DNA from: Clostridia bacterium
GTDB taxonomy: Bacteria; Bacillota; Clostridia; Oscillospirales; CAG-272
DNA: 48,291 bases
NCBI GenBank assembly: GCA_900763885.1
Contig: CAAFLY010000155.1
Location: 1 to 48,291 of the forward strand
Direction: 5' to 3'
The notes beneath the pieces are model-generated. The model did no database searches, was not told the DNA's origin, and saw nothing but the letters and a program-made list of their open reading frames with translations. Shown here in pieces: positions 37,598 through 46,944 of this stretch. Numbering within the stretch: the stretch's first letter is position 1; each line of letters starts with the position of its first letter. The position numbers were made by a program, and so were the translations under genes.

Positions 37598-38119
37598 ATG
37601 GACAAATACAGGAAAGCGGTGCGAAAAAGGCTCTGGCGTCTTCTCCCGGCGATACTTCTGATGGCACTCATCTTCCATTTCTCCGCCGAGGACGCGACCG
37701 CTTCCGCCCAGTCCAGCGGCAGCACGATGCTCTGGCTCCTGCGCCTGTTCCATGTATCGGACACAGACGCCATTGTGGGAAACAGTGAACTGTACTCCCT
37801 CCTCGATTTCTGTATCCGCAAGGGCGCCCATTTCTCCCTCTACACGGCGCTGGGTGTCGCCCTCTCGCTTGCCCTGACCGCTTTTCCGGCGATCCAGCAG
37901 TGGAAGCGCACGGCCTACGCGGTGCTGTGCGGCATCTTCTACGCGGCGACGGATGAGTTGCACCAGTATTTTGTCCCCGGCAGGGCGTGTCAGGTGCGCG
38001 ATGTGTGCATCGACACGGCAGGGGTGCTGCTCGGCTGCGCGGTATTCTGGTGCGTCGGCTGGCTTCTCCGGCATCACCGCGAGAAAAAAGAAAAAACCGC
38101 GGAACGCGGCGTAAAATAA
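37598..38119 (+). CDS. VanZ-family membrane protein
   Basis: Four hydrophobic segments and the family-typical RKGAHF ... ATDELHQYFVPGR motif. Confidence 0.8.
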   Translation: MDKYRKAVRKRLWRLLPAILLMALIFHFSAEDATASAQSSGSTMLWLLRLFHVSDTDAIVGNSELYSLLDFCIRKGAHFSLYTALGVALSLALTAFPAIQQWKRTAYAVLCGIFYAATDELHQYFVPGRACQVRDVCIDTAGVLLGCAVFWCVGWLLRHHREKKEKTAERGVK

Positions 38120-38220
38120 GGAGACGCTGATTTCGGTTGATTCCCGTGCTAAAACCCTACAGTCAGGTTTTTTTCGCAAAAGCTCGACGTACTTGCGCAA
38201 ACGGATTCAGCGCGTCCTGA
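38117..38220 (+). repeat. Diverged member of the stop-codon-associated palindromic element family (copy E)
   Basis: Starts at the vanZ stop as TAAGGAGACGCTGATTTCGG and ends CGGATTCAGCGCGTCCTGA. The terminal architecture matches copies A-D but the core differs. Confidence 0.6.
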
Positions 38221-38249
38221 AAACTTATATGTAAAGGCAGGTATTGATT

Positions 38250-39032
38250 ATGGCATTTTTACAGGTGAACTTCTTCTCCTCGGTCCTTGGCATGTGCACC
38301 GCGATGAACGTGATCCTCCCGCAGACGACGAGCACGCGCGGTCTGATCGGCGTGGACACCGCGGACGCGGACGTAACGTATCCGGTCCTGTACCTTCTCC
38401 ACGGCATGAGCGACGATCACACGATCTGGAGCCGGCGCACCTCCATTGAACGGTACGCGGACGAGCGCGGGATCGCTGTCGTCATGCCGACCACGGAGCT
38501 GGGCTGGTACACGAACATGAAGCACGGCAGACAGTGGCGTTCCTTCATCGGCGAGGAGCTTCCGGCGATCTGCCACGATTTCTTCCCGCGCATCTCCCAG
38601 AAGCGTGAGGATACATACATCGCGGGACTGTCGATGGGCGGCTATGGTGCGTACGCGCTGGCGATGACGTATCCGGAGCAGTACAGTGCCGCCGCCGCTC
38701 TGTCCGCCGCGTTCCTGCCGCTTCGTTTCGGCAGAGATACGGAGCCGTTCTGGCAGGATATTTTCGGCACGATGAGCGAATATACCGGCGGTGAAAACGA
38801 TCTGATCGCGCTCTCCAGCCGTCTCGTGCGGGAAGGCGCGCCTCTGCCGCGGTTGTATATGTGGTGCGGCACGGAGGACGGACTGTACTCGCAGAACATC
38901 GCCATGCGCGATCACCTGAACAAGCTCGGCTGGGAGGACTTCACCTACGAGGAATCCGCGGGCAATCACAACTGGAGATGCTGGGACGAGAAGATCCAGA
39001 CGGTCCTTGCATGGCTCCACGCGGGCAGATAA
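38250..39032 (+). CDS. Esterase-family protein (esterase D / tributyrin-esterase-like alpha/beta hydrolase)
   Basis: GLSMGGYGA nucleophile elbow. ATG at 38250 is preferred over the upstream TTG. Confidence 0.8.
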   Translation: MAFLQVNFFSSVLGMCTAMNVILPQTTSTRGLIGVDTADADVTYPVLYLLHGMSDDHTIWSRRTSIERYADERGIAVVMPTTELGWYTNMKHGRQWRSFIGEELPAICHDFFPRISQKREDTYIAGLSMGGYGAYALAMTYPEQYSAAAALSAAFLPLRFGRDTEPFWQDIFGTMSEYTGGENDLIALSSRLVREGAPLPRLYMWCGTEDGLYSQNIAMRDHLNKLGWEDFTYEESAGNHNWRCWDEKIQTVLAWLHAGR

Positions 39033-39048
39033 CAGCACATTTTGAAAA

Positions 39049-39082
39049 AAGTCGGGGGACGAACGCGCTCCCGACTTTTCTC
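39049..39082. terminator. Bidirectional terminator (esterase / queH)
   Basis: AAAAAA-GTCGGGGG ... CTCCCGAC-TTTTCTC. Confidence 0.75.
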
Positions 39083-39180
39083 ATAGGGATGGACTGTGCC
39101 GAAAAGACCGCATACATAGGTTCACAGCGCAAGGTCAGTCTGAGACAAGCTCTCTCGTGACCGCATCCTGTTTCTGATCC

Positions 39181-39273
39181 TTAGGATACTCTGAATAAAT
39201 CGGATTTTTGCGGTAAAAGGCTGACATATAAGGGCTTTTATCGCAAAAATAACCTTAAATCAGAGTTTCCTTA
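39181..39273 (-). repeat. Stop-codon-associated palindromic element, copy D (93 nt)
   Basis: Sense orientation is on the minus strand. The queH reading frame runs 5 codons plus the stop into it. Confidence 0.9.
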
Positions 39274-39911
39274 GCCGCCGCGCGTCGTTTTTCGGCATCC
39301 CGTGCCGAGTAGACACAGCCGCAGAAATCCTGCCGGTACAGTCCGTATTCCCGCGACAGAACGATCGAGCGCTGATACCCGCCGCGCTTTTTGAAATCCG
39401 AGGTCAGGTACACGCCGCCCATCTCCGCCGCTGTCTGTGCGCCGATCTCATTGAGCCACACGGCGTTTTTGTAGGGACTGATCGACAGCGTGGTCGTGAA
39501 ATAGTCATATCCACCCGCCTGCGCCTGTTTTGCCGTCTCCCGCAGCCGCATTTCGTAGCAGAGACGGCATCGCGCCCCTCCCTCCGGCAGCTCCTCCATA
39601 CCGCGCGCCATAGCGTAAAACCGCTCCGGCTCATAGGCACCAGCGATCACGGTGATCGGGCAGCCGTAGGACACGCGCTCGACAAGGTGCGTCAATTCCG
39701 CAAGACGCAGCGCGTATTCCGCCTCCGGCGAGATGTTCGGATTGTAGAAAAGCACATCGATTTTCCGAAAATGCGGCGAGAGGTACGCAAGCGTATACGA
39801 GGAGCAGGGCGCACAGCACGCATGGAGCAGAAGCGTCGGCTTCTCTGCGCGCGTGTCGATCTCCGCAAGCGTTTTTTCAAGGATCTTCCCGTAATCCACT
39901 CTGTTTGTCAT
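39255..39911 (-). CDS. queH: Epoxyqueuosine reductase QueH (DUF208)
   Basis: Start trimmed to MTNRVDYGK. LLLHACCAPCSSY motif and conserved C-terminal Cys residues. Confidence 0.85.
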   Translation of the reverse strand: MTNRVDYGKILEKTLAEIDTRAEKPTLLLHACCAPCSSYTLAYLSPHFRKIDVLFYNPNISPEAEYALRLAELTHLVERVSYGCPITVIAGAYEPERFYAMARGMEELPEGGARCRLCYEMRLRETAKQAQAGGYDYFTTTLSISPYKNAVWLNEIGAQTAAEMGGVYLTSDFKKRGGYQRSIVLSREYGLYRQDFCGCVYSARDAEKRRAAAKETLI

Positions 39912-39915
39912 GCGT

Positions 39916-40602
39916 TCACTCCCATTTCTGCCCGGCAAGCCGTCTCTCGGCCTGTCTGAGTCCGTCCAGTCTTTCCCGATATTCCGGCATCCATGCCCCA
40001 ACCTGCGCCCAGAACGACGCGCTGTGGTTCATATGCAGCAGATGCGCAAGCTCATGTGTGACAACGTACGCGCCGATTGCCGGATCCATCGCGGACAGCA
40101 TCGCATTCAGGCGGATCGATCCGGCGGATGTGCAGGAGCCCCACCGCTTCCGCGGATGCGTCACCGATACCGCCTTCCATCTGTCCGCCACACTGTACCT
40201 TTCCGCGAGCGCCTGACACAGTGGCAGAAACACCCGTTTTGTCTCCGTCTCGTACCATTTGCGCATGGCGGCGGCAAGAGAGGGGGTATCCGCCGGAAGG
40301 GACAGCGTATCGCCTGCCAGAATCCCCTCAGGGATCCGGCGCGGGATCGTGTGTCGCGTGGGATCCGGCGTCAGGCGCACCTCACATCCCCAGACCGGCA
40401 CCGTGTCTCCGAACGACAGCGGCCGCGGCACCGGAGAGAGCGCGAGATGGCTCTCGATCCACGCGGTGTGCGCGAGAACAAACCGGTCAATCTCCCGCAT
40501 GGACATCCGTTCCGGCGCGCGCACGAGCACCTCTCCCTCGCGGATCTGGATGGATATGGTTCTCCGGTCGGAGCGGATCAGGGTATATTTCTTCTCTGGC
40601 AT
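39916..40602 (-). CDS. YgjP-like (DUF45 / M48-related) metallopeptidase
   Basis: HELAHLLHMNH (HEXXH) motif. Start trimmed to MPEKKYTLIR. Confidence 0.8.
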   Translation of the reverse strand: MPEKKYTLIRSDRRTISIQIREGEVLVRAPERMSMREIDRFVLAHTAWIESHLALSPVPRPLSFGDTVPVWGCEVRLTPDPTRHTIPRRIPEGILAGDTLSLPADTPSLAAAMRKWYETETKRVFLPLCQALAERYSVADRWKAVSVTHPRKRWGSCTSAGSIRLNAMLSAMDPAIGAYVVTHELAHLLHMNHSASFWAQVGAWMPEYRERLDGLRQAERRLAGQKWE

Positions 40603-40638
40603 AACGTCCCCTTCTGTATGTTTTTTCGATTCAGGATT

Positions 40639-40667
40639 AGTATACACCTTTTTCGGACGCATTGCAA
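40639..40667 (-). promoter_or_regulatory. Promoter of the ygjP-like / queH operon
   Basis: The minus strand reads TTGCAA, a 17-nt spacer ending in TG, then TATACT. Confidence 0.65.
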
Positions 40668-40716
40668 GAGGCTATATGAGGCGAGATATGGCGCCGTTCA
40701 TTTTTTACCAAATCTA

Positions 40717-40745
40717 TTGACAATCCATCTGCGGCATGGTACACT
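40717..40745 (+). promoter_or_regulatory. Promoter of the 515-aa hypothetical gene
   Basis: TTGACA, 17-nt spacer ending in TGG, TACACT. Confidence 0.65.
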
Positions 40746-40880
40746 AAGGGAACGTTGATATAAGGATTGATTCCCTGTGGATTCAGCCGTATCCATCCCC
40801 GGAAGAGTGTGCATCGGAGCTTTTTCGTGCGGCTCTTCCCCCCCCCGACACTGTGCTTATTCTATGTGAGGTATCCCATC

Positions 40881-42428
40881 ATGCCAAGACAAATTATCAA
40901 TATCGTCAACTTTATCCGTGCCGTGGAGCCGCGGTCCGATGTCGATCTGCTGCGGGTCGTGCGGGAGCAGATCCGGCTCATCGACAAAAACGGGCTGCGC
41001 GCCACGTTTCTCCTTCAGTACGACGCGCTTTTGCTGCCGGAATTCACGGATCTGCTCCGTTCCCTCGATCCCGCGCGGTATGAGCTCGGTATCTGGTACG
41101 AGGTCGTGGAGCAGCTGACCGACGCGTGCGGTATTCCGTGGACCGGCCGCTGGTCGTGGGACTGGCACTGCCACTGCGGCTTCCCGGTCGGATATACTAA
41201 GCCGCAGCGCGAGGCGATGATCGACGAATTCTTCCGCAAATTCAAGGAGGTGTTCGGGCAATATCCGCGCGTGTTCGGCTCGTGGCTCTTTGATTCCCAC
41301 ACCGTCCGCTACATGACGCGCAAATACGACATGGACGCGCTGTGCAACTGCAAGGAGCAGTACGGCACCGACGGCTATACCCTCTGGGGCGGCTACTACG
41401 GACAGGCGTATTACCCAAGCGCGACCAACGTATTCATGCCGGCGCAGCGTGCGGAGGAGCAATTGCCCGCGCCGCTGTTCCGTATGCTCGGTTCCGACCA
41501 GGTCCGCCAGTACGATTTCGGCATGGATCCCGACAATGGCGCGAATACCTGCCAGGGGGTGATCACCCTTGAGCCCGTGTACTGCGCGGGAAACGGCGGG
41601 GGCGGCGGTGTTCCGGAATGGGTGGATTGGTATCTACGCGAGAATTTTAACGGTGAATGTCTCAGCTTCGGCTATGCGCAGGCGGGGCAGGAAAACAGCT
41701 TCGGATGGGACGCGATGCGCGCCGGTCTGACCGATCAGTTCGCGAAATTCGCCGCGCTGCAGCGGGAAGGCAGACTCACCGTGGAGCCAATGGGAGAAAC
41801 CGGCCGCTGGTACAAGGAAACGTACAGCACGACTCCGGCGTCCGCGATCACGGCGCACGGCGCATGGGACGATCCCGCGCTGGATTCCGTGTGGTTCTCC
41901 GACAGATTCTACCGCGCGAACCTCTACGGCGACAAAAAATCGGTGCGCGTGCGCGATCTGCATATTTTCGACGAAGGTACGCCCGATCCGTTTGAGGATA
42001 CCGTATGCACCGCGAACGAGGCGGTATACGAAACGCTGCCCGCCGTCGATGGGAACCGCTACAGCGGAAACGGCGTTGTCGCGGGACTGTACCCCGTGGA
42101 CGAGACGACCGGCGAACCGTTCGCGTATGAAAAGATGGAGTTTACCGATCTCGGCGAGGGCAAGGCGCGGGTCATCTTCGGCAGCATCGTCTTTGGTATG
42201 CGCGACAACCTGCTCCTCTGCACCGCAGATCGCCCGTTCCGGCTCGAAAACCGCATCGGTAAGGACGGCGGTCATCTGCCCACAGTCGTATCGCTGACGG
42301 AAAAAGCGCTGACGCTCTCCTACGACGGACGCACGTATCGGATCACCCTCGAAAAAGGAACGTTCCGCGACGCGAAAACGCTCCTGTCGGAGAACAGCAT
42401 CGTATCCGCACGGTTCACGCTCGCATAA
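40881..42428 (+). CDS. Hypothetical protein, probably carbohydrate-active (family not confidently recognised)
   Basis: 515 aa, start MPRQIINIVNFIRAVEPR. Trp/Tyr-rich with no signal peptide. Confidence 0.5.
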   Translation: MPRQIINIVNFIRAVEPRSDVDLLRVVREQIRLIDKNGLRATFLLQYDALLLPEFTDLLRSLDPARYELGIWYEVVEQLTDACGIPWTGRWSWDWHCHCGFPVGYTKPQREAMIDEFFRKFKEVFGQYPRVFGSWLFDSHTVRYMTRKYDMDALCNCKEQYGTDGYTLWGGYYGQAYYPSATNVFMPAQRAEEQLPAPLFRMLGSDQVRQYDFGMDPDNGANTCQGVITLEPVYCAGNGGGGGVPEWVDWYLRENFNGECLSFGYAQAGQENSFGWDAMRAGLTDQFAKFAALQREGRLTVEPMGETGRWYKETYSTTPASAITAHGAWDDPALDSVWFSDRFYRANLYGDKKSVRVRDLHIFDEGTPDPFEDTVCTANEAVYETLPAVDGNRYSGNGVVAGLYPVDETTGEPFAYEKMEFTDLGEGKARVIFGSIVFGMRDNLLLCTADRPFRLENRIGKDGGHLPTVVSLTEKALTLSYDGRTYRITLEKGTFRDAKTLLSENSIVSARFTLA

Positions 42429-42437
42429 ACACGCGAA

Positions 42438-42485
42438 AATCCCCTGTACCCGCCGTTTTTTCGGTCGATACAGGGGATATTTTTG
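42438..42485. terminator. Bidirectional terminator (hypothetical gene / pyr operon end)
   Basis: ATCCCCTGTA ... TACAGGGGAT followed by ATTTTTG, with an A-run upstream. Confidence 0.75.
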
Positions 42486-42573
42486 CGCACGCATCTGCGC
42501 CCACACCGCGTTTTTCCGCCGGATCGCCCGATCACACGGCTTCGGACGCGAAAGAGGATTGTTCCGCGCTTTC

Positions 42574-43002
42574 TTATTTTTCCGCCGGCGTATCGCAGTA
42601 GAGGCAGCGGTATTCGCCCTCTCCCTCGCCGCAGAGCTTGAAGATATGCGCAAGCTCCTGCTCCGTCGAGGTGATGCAGCGCGGATTTTTGCACCGGATC
42701 ACGTTGCGCAGTACCGTCGGGCGGGACAGATGCCGCTTTTCCACGCATTTCCCGCCCGCGATCCGGTTGACGGTGATGCCGGGATCCACGTAGCCGAGCG
42801 CGTCAAAGTCGATATTCGCAAGCGCGACCTGTGCGCCGATCTTGATGATGTCCTTTCTGCCCATCTTCCCGGACGGTACGTTTTTGAGGATCGCCACCGT
42901 GCAGTCGAGCGCGTCCAGACCGAGCGTTTCGTATACGCGCATCCCCCGTCCGGCGGTGATGTGGTCGAGGACGATGCCGTTTTCTATCGAATCAATGTAC
43001 AT
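42574..43002 (-). CDS. pyrI: Aspartate carbamoyltransferase regulatory chain
   Basis: 142 aa. N-terminal [10 protein letters not shown] and a C-terminal zinc-domain Cys pattern (CKNPRC ... CLYC). Confidence 0.9.
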   Translation of the reverse strand: MYIDSIENGIVLDHITAGRGMRVYETLGLDALDCTVAILKNVPSGKMGRKDIIKIGAQVALANIDFDALGYVDPGITVNRIAGGKCVEKRHLSRPTVLRNVIRCKNPRCITSTEQELAHIFKLCGEGEGEYRCLYCDTPAEK

Positions 43003-43936
43003 TTTCTTCCCCCGTAATCTCCGGCGTCAGGCCGAGCAGCATCAGTATCAGCGCCATACGCATGAGCTTTCCGCAGTATACCTGCTTGAAATAGCACGCC
43101 CGCGGATCGCGATCGATCGCCACGGAAATTTCGTTGACGCGCGGCAGCGGATGGAGGATCGACATATCCGCCTTCGCGCAGGTCAGCTTGTCCGCGGTGA
43201 GAATGTACGTGTCGCGCAGACGGAGATATTCCTCCTCACTGACGAACCGTTCCTTCTGGACGCGCGTCATGTAGAGAATGTCCAATTCCGGCATCGCGTC
43301 CTCCAGCTTTGTCGTTTCGCGGTACGGGATCCGTTCCTTGACGAGGATGTCCCGGCGCACGTATTCCGGCAGACGCAGCTCAGCGGGCGAGATGAGGACG
43401 AATTTGATCCCCGTGTACCGGGACAGCGCGGCGATGAGGGAATGGACGGTCCGCCCGAATTTGAGATCCCCGCAGAAGCCGACGGTGAGATCGGACAGGC
43501 GCCCCTTTTCCCGGCGGATCGTGCAGAGGTCGGCAAGGGTCTGGGTCGGATGGCTGTGTCCGCCGTCGCCCGCGTTGATGACCGGGATCGACGCGTTCAT
43601 GGAGGCCACAAGCGGCGCACCCTCCTTCGGATGACGCATGGCGATGATGTCCGCGTAGCAGCTCACCACTCTGGCGGTATCGGCGACACTTTCCCCCTTG
43701 GACGCGGATGAGCTTTGCGCCTCCGAGAAGCCGATCACGTGGCCGCCGAGCTCATACATAGCCGCTTCAAAGCTCAGTCTGGTGCGCGTGGACGGCTCAA
43801 AGAAGAGGGTCGCGAGCTTTTTGCCGTCGCAGAGGTGCGCGTATTTCGCCGGATTTTTCTCAATGTCGAACGCCGTGGCGATGAGGGAATCGATCTCCGG
43901 CACGGACAGCTCCAAAATATCGATGAGACTTCTCAT
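42992..43936 (-). CDS. pyrB: Aspartate carbamoyltransferase catalytic chain
   Basis: [13 protein letters not shown] and HPLPR motifs. Confidence 0.93.
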   Translation of the reverse strand: MRSLIDILELSVPEIDSLIATAFDIEKNPAKYAHLCDGKKLATLFFEPSTRTRLSFEAAMYELGGHVIGFSEAQSSSASKGESVADTARVVSCYADIIAMRHPKEGAPLVASMNASIPVINAGDGGHSHPTQTLADLCTIRREKGRLSDLTVGFCGDLKFGRTVHSLIAALSRYTGIKFVLISPAELRLPEYVRRDILVKERIPYRETTKLEDAMPELDILYMTRVQKERFVSEEEYLRLRDTYILTADKLTCAKADMSILHPLPRVNEISVAIDRDPRACYFKQVYCGKLMRMALILMLLGLTPEITGEENVH

Positions 43937-43940
43937 GCGC

Positions 43941-44588
43941 TCACTCCTTTGCCGCGTGCATCCAGCTCTCGTCGGCGGGATTGTCGCGGAAATGGCGCAG
44001 CCGGTCGATGTCCGTGGGCGCGATATAGCCGTTCTCCGCAGCCACCGCGCAGATCTCGTCGAAATTCGTCAGACTGACATTGCGCACCTCTGCCGCCGCC
44101 AGCCGATCGATGCCCTTCTGCATACCGTAGGTGAAGATGCTGACTACGCCGAGCACTACAGCGCCCGCCTCTCTGAGTGCATCCACGACCTCGATCACGC
44201 TGCCGCCTGTGGAGATGAGATCCTCAATGACGACGACCTTCTCGCCCGCATCCAGTCTCCCCTCGATCCGGTTCTGTCTGCCGTGATCCTTGTTGCCGGA
44301 GCGGACGTATCCCATCGGCAGGCCGAGAATGTGCGCGGCAATGGCGGCGTGTGCGATTCCGGCGGTCGAGGTCCCCATCAGCGCCTCTGCCTCCGGGAAT
44401 TCCCGCTTCACAGTCTCGGCGATCGCGTTTTCCACGTCCGTGCGCACATCCGGTGCGGACAGCGTCAGGCGGTTGTCGCAGTAGACGGGGCTTTTGATCC
44501 CGCTTGCCCATGTGAACGGCTCGTTCGGACGGAAAAATACCGCCTGTATCTTCAACAGATCCCTTGCAATCAACGTTTTCGTATCCAT
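43941..44588 (-). CDS. pyrE: Orotate phosphoribosyltransferase
   Basis: [13 protein letters not shown] and PRPP-binding loop [16 protein letters not shown] at 44588 follows AAGGAG. Confidence 0.9.
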   Translation of the reverse strand: MDTKTLIARDLLKIQAVFFRPNEPFTWASGIKSPVYCDNRLTLSAPDVRTDVENAIAETVKREFPEAEALMGTSTAGIAHAAIAAHILGLPMGYVRSGNKDHGRQNRIEGRLDAGEKVVVIEDLISTGGSVIEVVDALREAGAVVLGVVSIFTYGMQKGIDRLAAAEVRNVSLTNFDEICAVAAENGYIAPTDIDRLRHFRDNPADESWMHAAKE

Positions 44589-44600
44589 ATTCCGCACTCC

Positions 44601-45311
44601 TTATCGATTCTCAGAAAATTCCGCGACACACCGTCTGTATGCCGTCAGCGGGTCTGCCGCCTGTGTGATCGGTCTGCCGACTACGATGTAGTCCGAACCG
44701 AGCCGCCATGCCGCTGCCGGTGTCGCGATACGGACCTGATCCCCCGCGTCTCCGTCGGCAAAGCGCACACCAGGGGTGACCGTGGCGAAATCCGCCCCGA
44801 GCCGTTCATGGATCGCGCCCGCTTCCCACGGGGAGCATACCACGCCGTCCAGTCCCGCCGTACGCGCGTTTTCGGCATAGTGGAGCACCGTTTCCTCCAT
44901 GGAATGCGGGATCCACAGCTCGTCGTGCAGTCTCTGCTCGCTCGTCGAGGTCAGCTGGGTCACGGCGATGCACTTGGTTTTGCGCTCCCCATTCACGGTC
45001 AGCCCCTCGATGGCGGCACGCATCATATCGATTCCACCGGCGGCGTGCAGATTCGTCATGTCCACACCGAGCCCCGCCAGCACCGCCATTGCCTTTTTCA
45101 CCGTATTCGGGATGTCGTGGAGCTTCAGATCGAGGAAGATCTTGTATCCGCGCTCCCGCAGCGTTTCCACCATCGACGGACCGGCGGCGTAGTACAGCTC
45201 CATGCCGATCTTCACGTACGGCTTGTCCTCCTCGAACCGGTCGAGAAACGCGAGCGTCTCCGCAGCCGACGGAAAATCACAGGCGATGATCACTTCTCTT
45301 TTTGCGTTCAT
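44601..45311 (-). CDS. pyrF: Orotidine-5'-phosphate decarboxylase
   Basis: IIACDF, VKIGMELY and FLDLKLHDIPNTV motifs. Confidence 0.92.
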   Translation of the reverse strand: MNAKREVIIACDFPSAAETLAFLDRFEEDKPYVKIGMELYYAAGPSMVETLRERGYKIFLDLKLHDIPNTVKKAMAVLAGLGVDMTNLHAAGGIDMMRAAIEGLTVNGERKTKCIAVTQLTSTSEQRLHDELWIPHSMEETVLHYAENARTAGLDGVVCSPWEAGAIHERLGADFATVTPGVRFADGDAGDQVRIATPAAAWRLGSDYIVVGRPITQAADPLTAYRRCVAEFSENR

Positions 45312-46222
45312 ATATGTGCTCCTCCTACCATATCCATCCAGTTTTCGATTCCGTATTTTTCCATTGTCTCCGGCAGGCGGGCGATGATGTCCCGACAGAC
45401 CGTCGGCTCCGTGAGGTTGGCCGCGCCGATCTGTACCGCACTCGCGCCTGCCAGCAGCATTTCCACACAGTCCTCTGCCGACGAGACGCCGCCCATACCG
45501 ATGAGCGGGATTTTTACCGCCTCATACACCCGGTAGACCATCGCGACCGCCACCGGAAATACCGCGGGGCCGGACAGTCCGCCCGTTTTGTTCGCGAGGA
45601 TCGGACGGCGGCGGCGCAGATCGAGCCGCATACCGACTAAGGTATTGATGAGCGACAGTCCGTCCGCTCCGGCAGCCTCACACGCACGCGCGATCTCCGT
45701 GATGTCCGTGACATTGGGGGTCAGCTTCACAAAAACGGGCTTTTTCGCGACTTTTTTTACCGCGGAGGTGACCTCGGCCGCAAGCGCCGGGGAGGTGCCG
45801 AAGCCCATGCCGCCGCCGTGTACGTTCGGACAGCTGATGTTCACCTCGAGGATGCCGACGTTTTCCGCCGCGTCCAGCTTTTGTGCGCAGGATACGTATT
45901 CCGCGACCGAGAAGCCGCCGATGTTGGCAATGACCGGCTTGCCGTAGATCTTCTGCAGGTTCGGCAGCTCCTCCGCGACCACGCGATCCACACCGGGATT
46001 CTGCAGACCAACGGAATTGAGCATTCCCGCAGGCGTTTCCGCGATTCGCGGCGTGGGATTGCCGAAGCGTTCGTTCTCCGTCGTTCCCTTGATGGAGATG
46101 GAGCCGAGGCAGCGGATATCGTATATCTGTGCAAATTCTCTGCCGTAGCCGAATGTGCCGCTTGCCGGGATCACCGGATTGTCGAGCGTCAAACCGGCGA
46201 GCTGTACCGTCATATTCACCAT
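45308..46222 (-). CDS. pyrD: Dihydroorotate dehydrogenase B, catalytic subunit
   Basis: NPVIPASGTFGYG and SGPA motifs. Paired with pyrK. Confidence 0.92.
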   Translation of the reverse strand: MVNMTVQLAGLTLDNPVIPASGTFGYGREFAQIYDIRCLGSISIKGTTENERFGNPTPRIAETPAGMLNSVGLQNPGVDRVVAEELPNLQKIYGKPVIANIGGFSVAEYVSCAQKLDAAENVGILEVNISCPNVHGGGMGFGTSPALAAEVTSAVKKVAKKPVFVKLTPNVTDITEIARACEAAGADGLSLINTLVGMRLDLRRRRPILANKTGGLSGPAVFPVAVAMVYRVYEAVKIPLIGMGGVSSAEDCVEMLLAGASAVQIGAANLTEPTVCRDIIARLPETMEKYGIENWMDMVGGAHI

Positions 46223-46944
46223 ACGATCACCTCTCTCTCAAGCACCGGACCGTCGCGGCAGATCCGGATCGAGCCGTATTTCGTCTTGCAGCTGCAGCCC
46301 ATGCACGCGCCGAAGCCGCAGCCCATCCGCTCCTCGAAGCTGTATTCGCCGGGACAGGTCAGTCTGTCGTACACGGCATGGAGCATCGGGATCGGTCCGC
46401 ATGCGTAGCTGTAGGTGCAGGCGTCGTCGAGCAGTCCGATCACCGTTCCCGTCTCCCCATACGTGCCGTCCATGGTCGCCGTCCGTACGGTGCAGCCGAG
46501 CGCGGCAAATTCCTCTGTGTAAAAGACGTCCTCCCGCGACGCAAAGCCGCAGATCACCGTTACCGGCACGTTTTTTGCCCGCAGCCGTTTTGCCAGTCCG
46601 TAGAGCGGGGGTACGCCCACACCGCCGCCGACCAGCACAGGACGCGCGCCGCAGCGATCGACGGAAAATCCGTTGCCCAGTCCCGTGAGCAGATCCAGCT
46701 TCTCGCCGGCCGCTCTCTCCGACAGCCACTGTGTCCCGCCGCCGACCACCTTATAAATGAGTGTGAGCCCATCCCCGTCCCAGTCGCATACCGAGATCGG
46801 ACGGCGCAGGTAGTATCCGTCGGCGCGCACATTCACAAACTGTCCGGGAGATGTGAGCTCCTCCGTGTTTCCGGCAAGGCGCATCCGCCAAACGTCCCGC
46901 GCGATCCGGGTATTCTCCGCGACCGCAAACCAATCCTTGCGCAT
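46216..46944 (-). CDS. pyrK: Dihydroorotate dehydrogenase B, electron-transfer subunit
   Basis: FAD/NAD-binding RRPISV motif and a C-terminal 2Fe-2S pattern (CGFGACMGCSC). Confidence 0.9.
   Translation of the reverse strand: MRKDWFAVAENTRIARDVWRMRLAGNTEELTSPGQFVNVRADGYYLRRPISVCDWDGDGLTLIYKVVGGGTQWLSERAAGEKLDLLTGLGNGFSVDRCGARPVLVGGGVGVPPLYGLAKRLRAKNVPVTVICGFASREDVFYTEEFAALGCTVRTATMDGTYGETGTVIGLLDDACTYSYACGPIPMLHAVYDRLTCPGEYSFEERMGCGFGACMGCSCKTKYGSIRICRDGPVLEREVIVW

Noticed and set aside
10169-39273. Whether the recurring ~93-nt repeats could be a CRISPR array or rRNA/tRNA fragments.
   Set aside because: The copies are single and dispersed over 29 kb rather than arrayed with spacers. They are internally palindromic over their whole length and show no cloverleaf.
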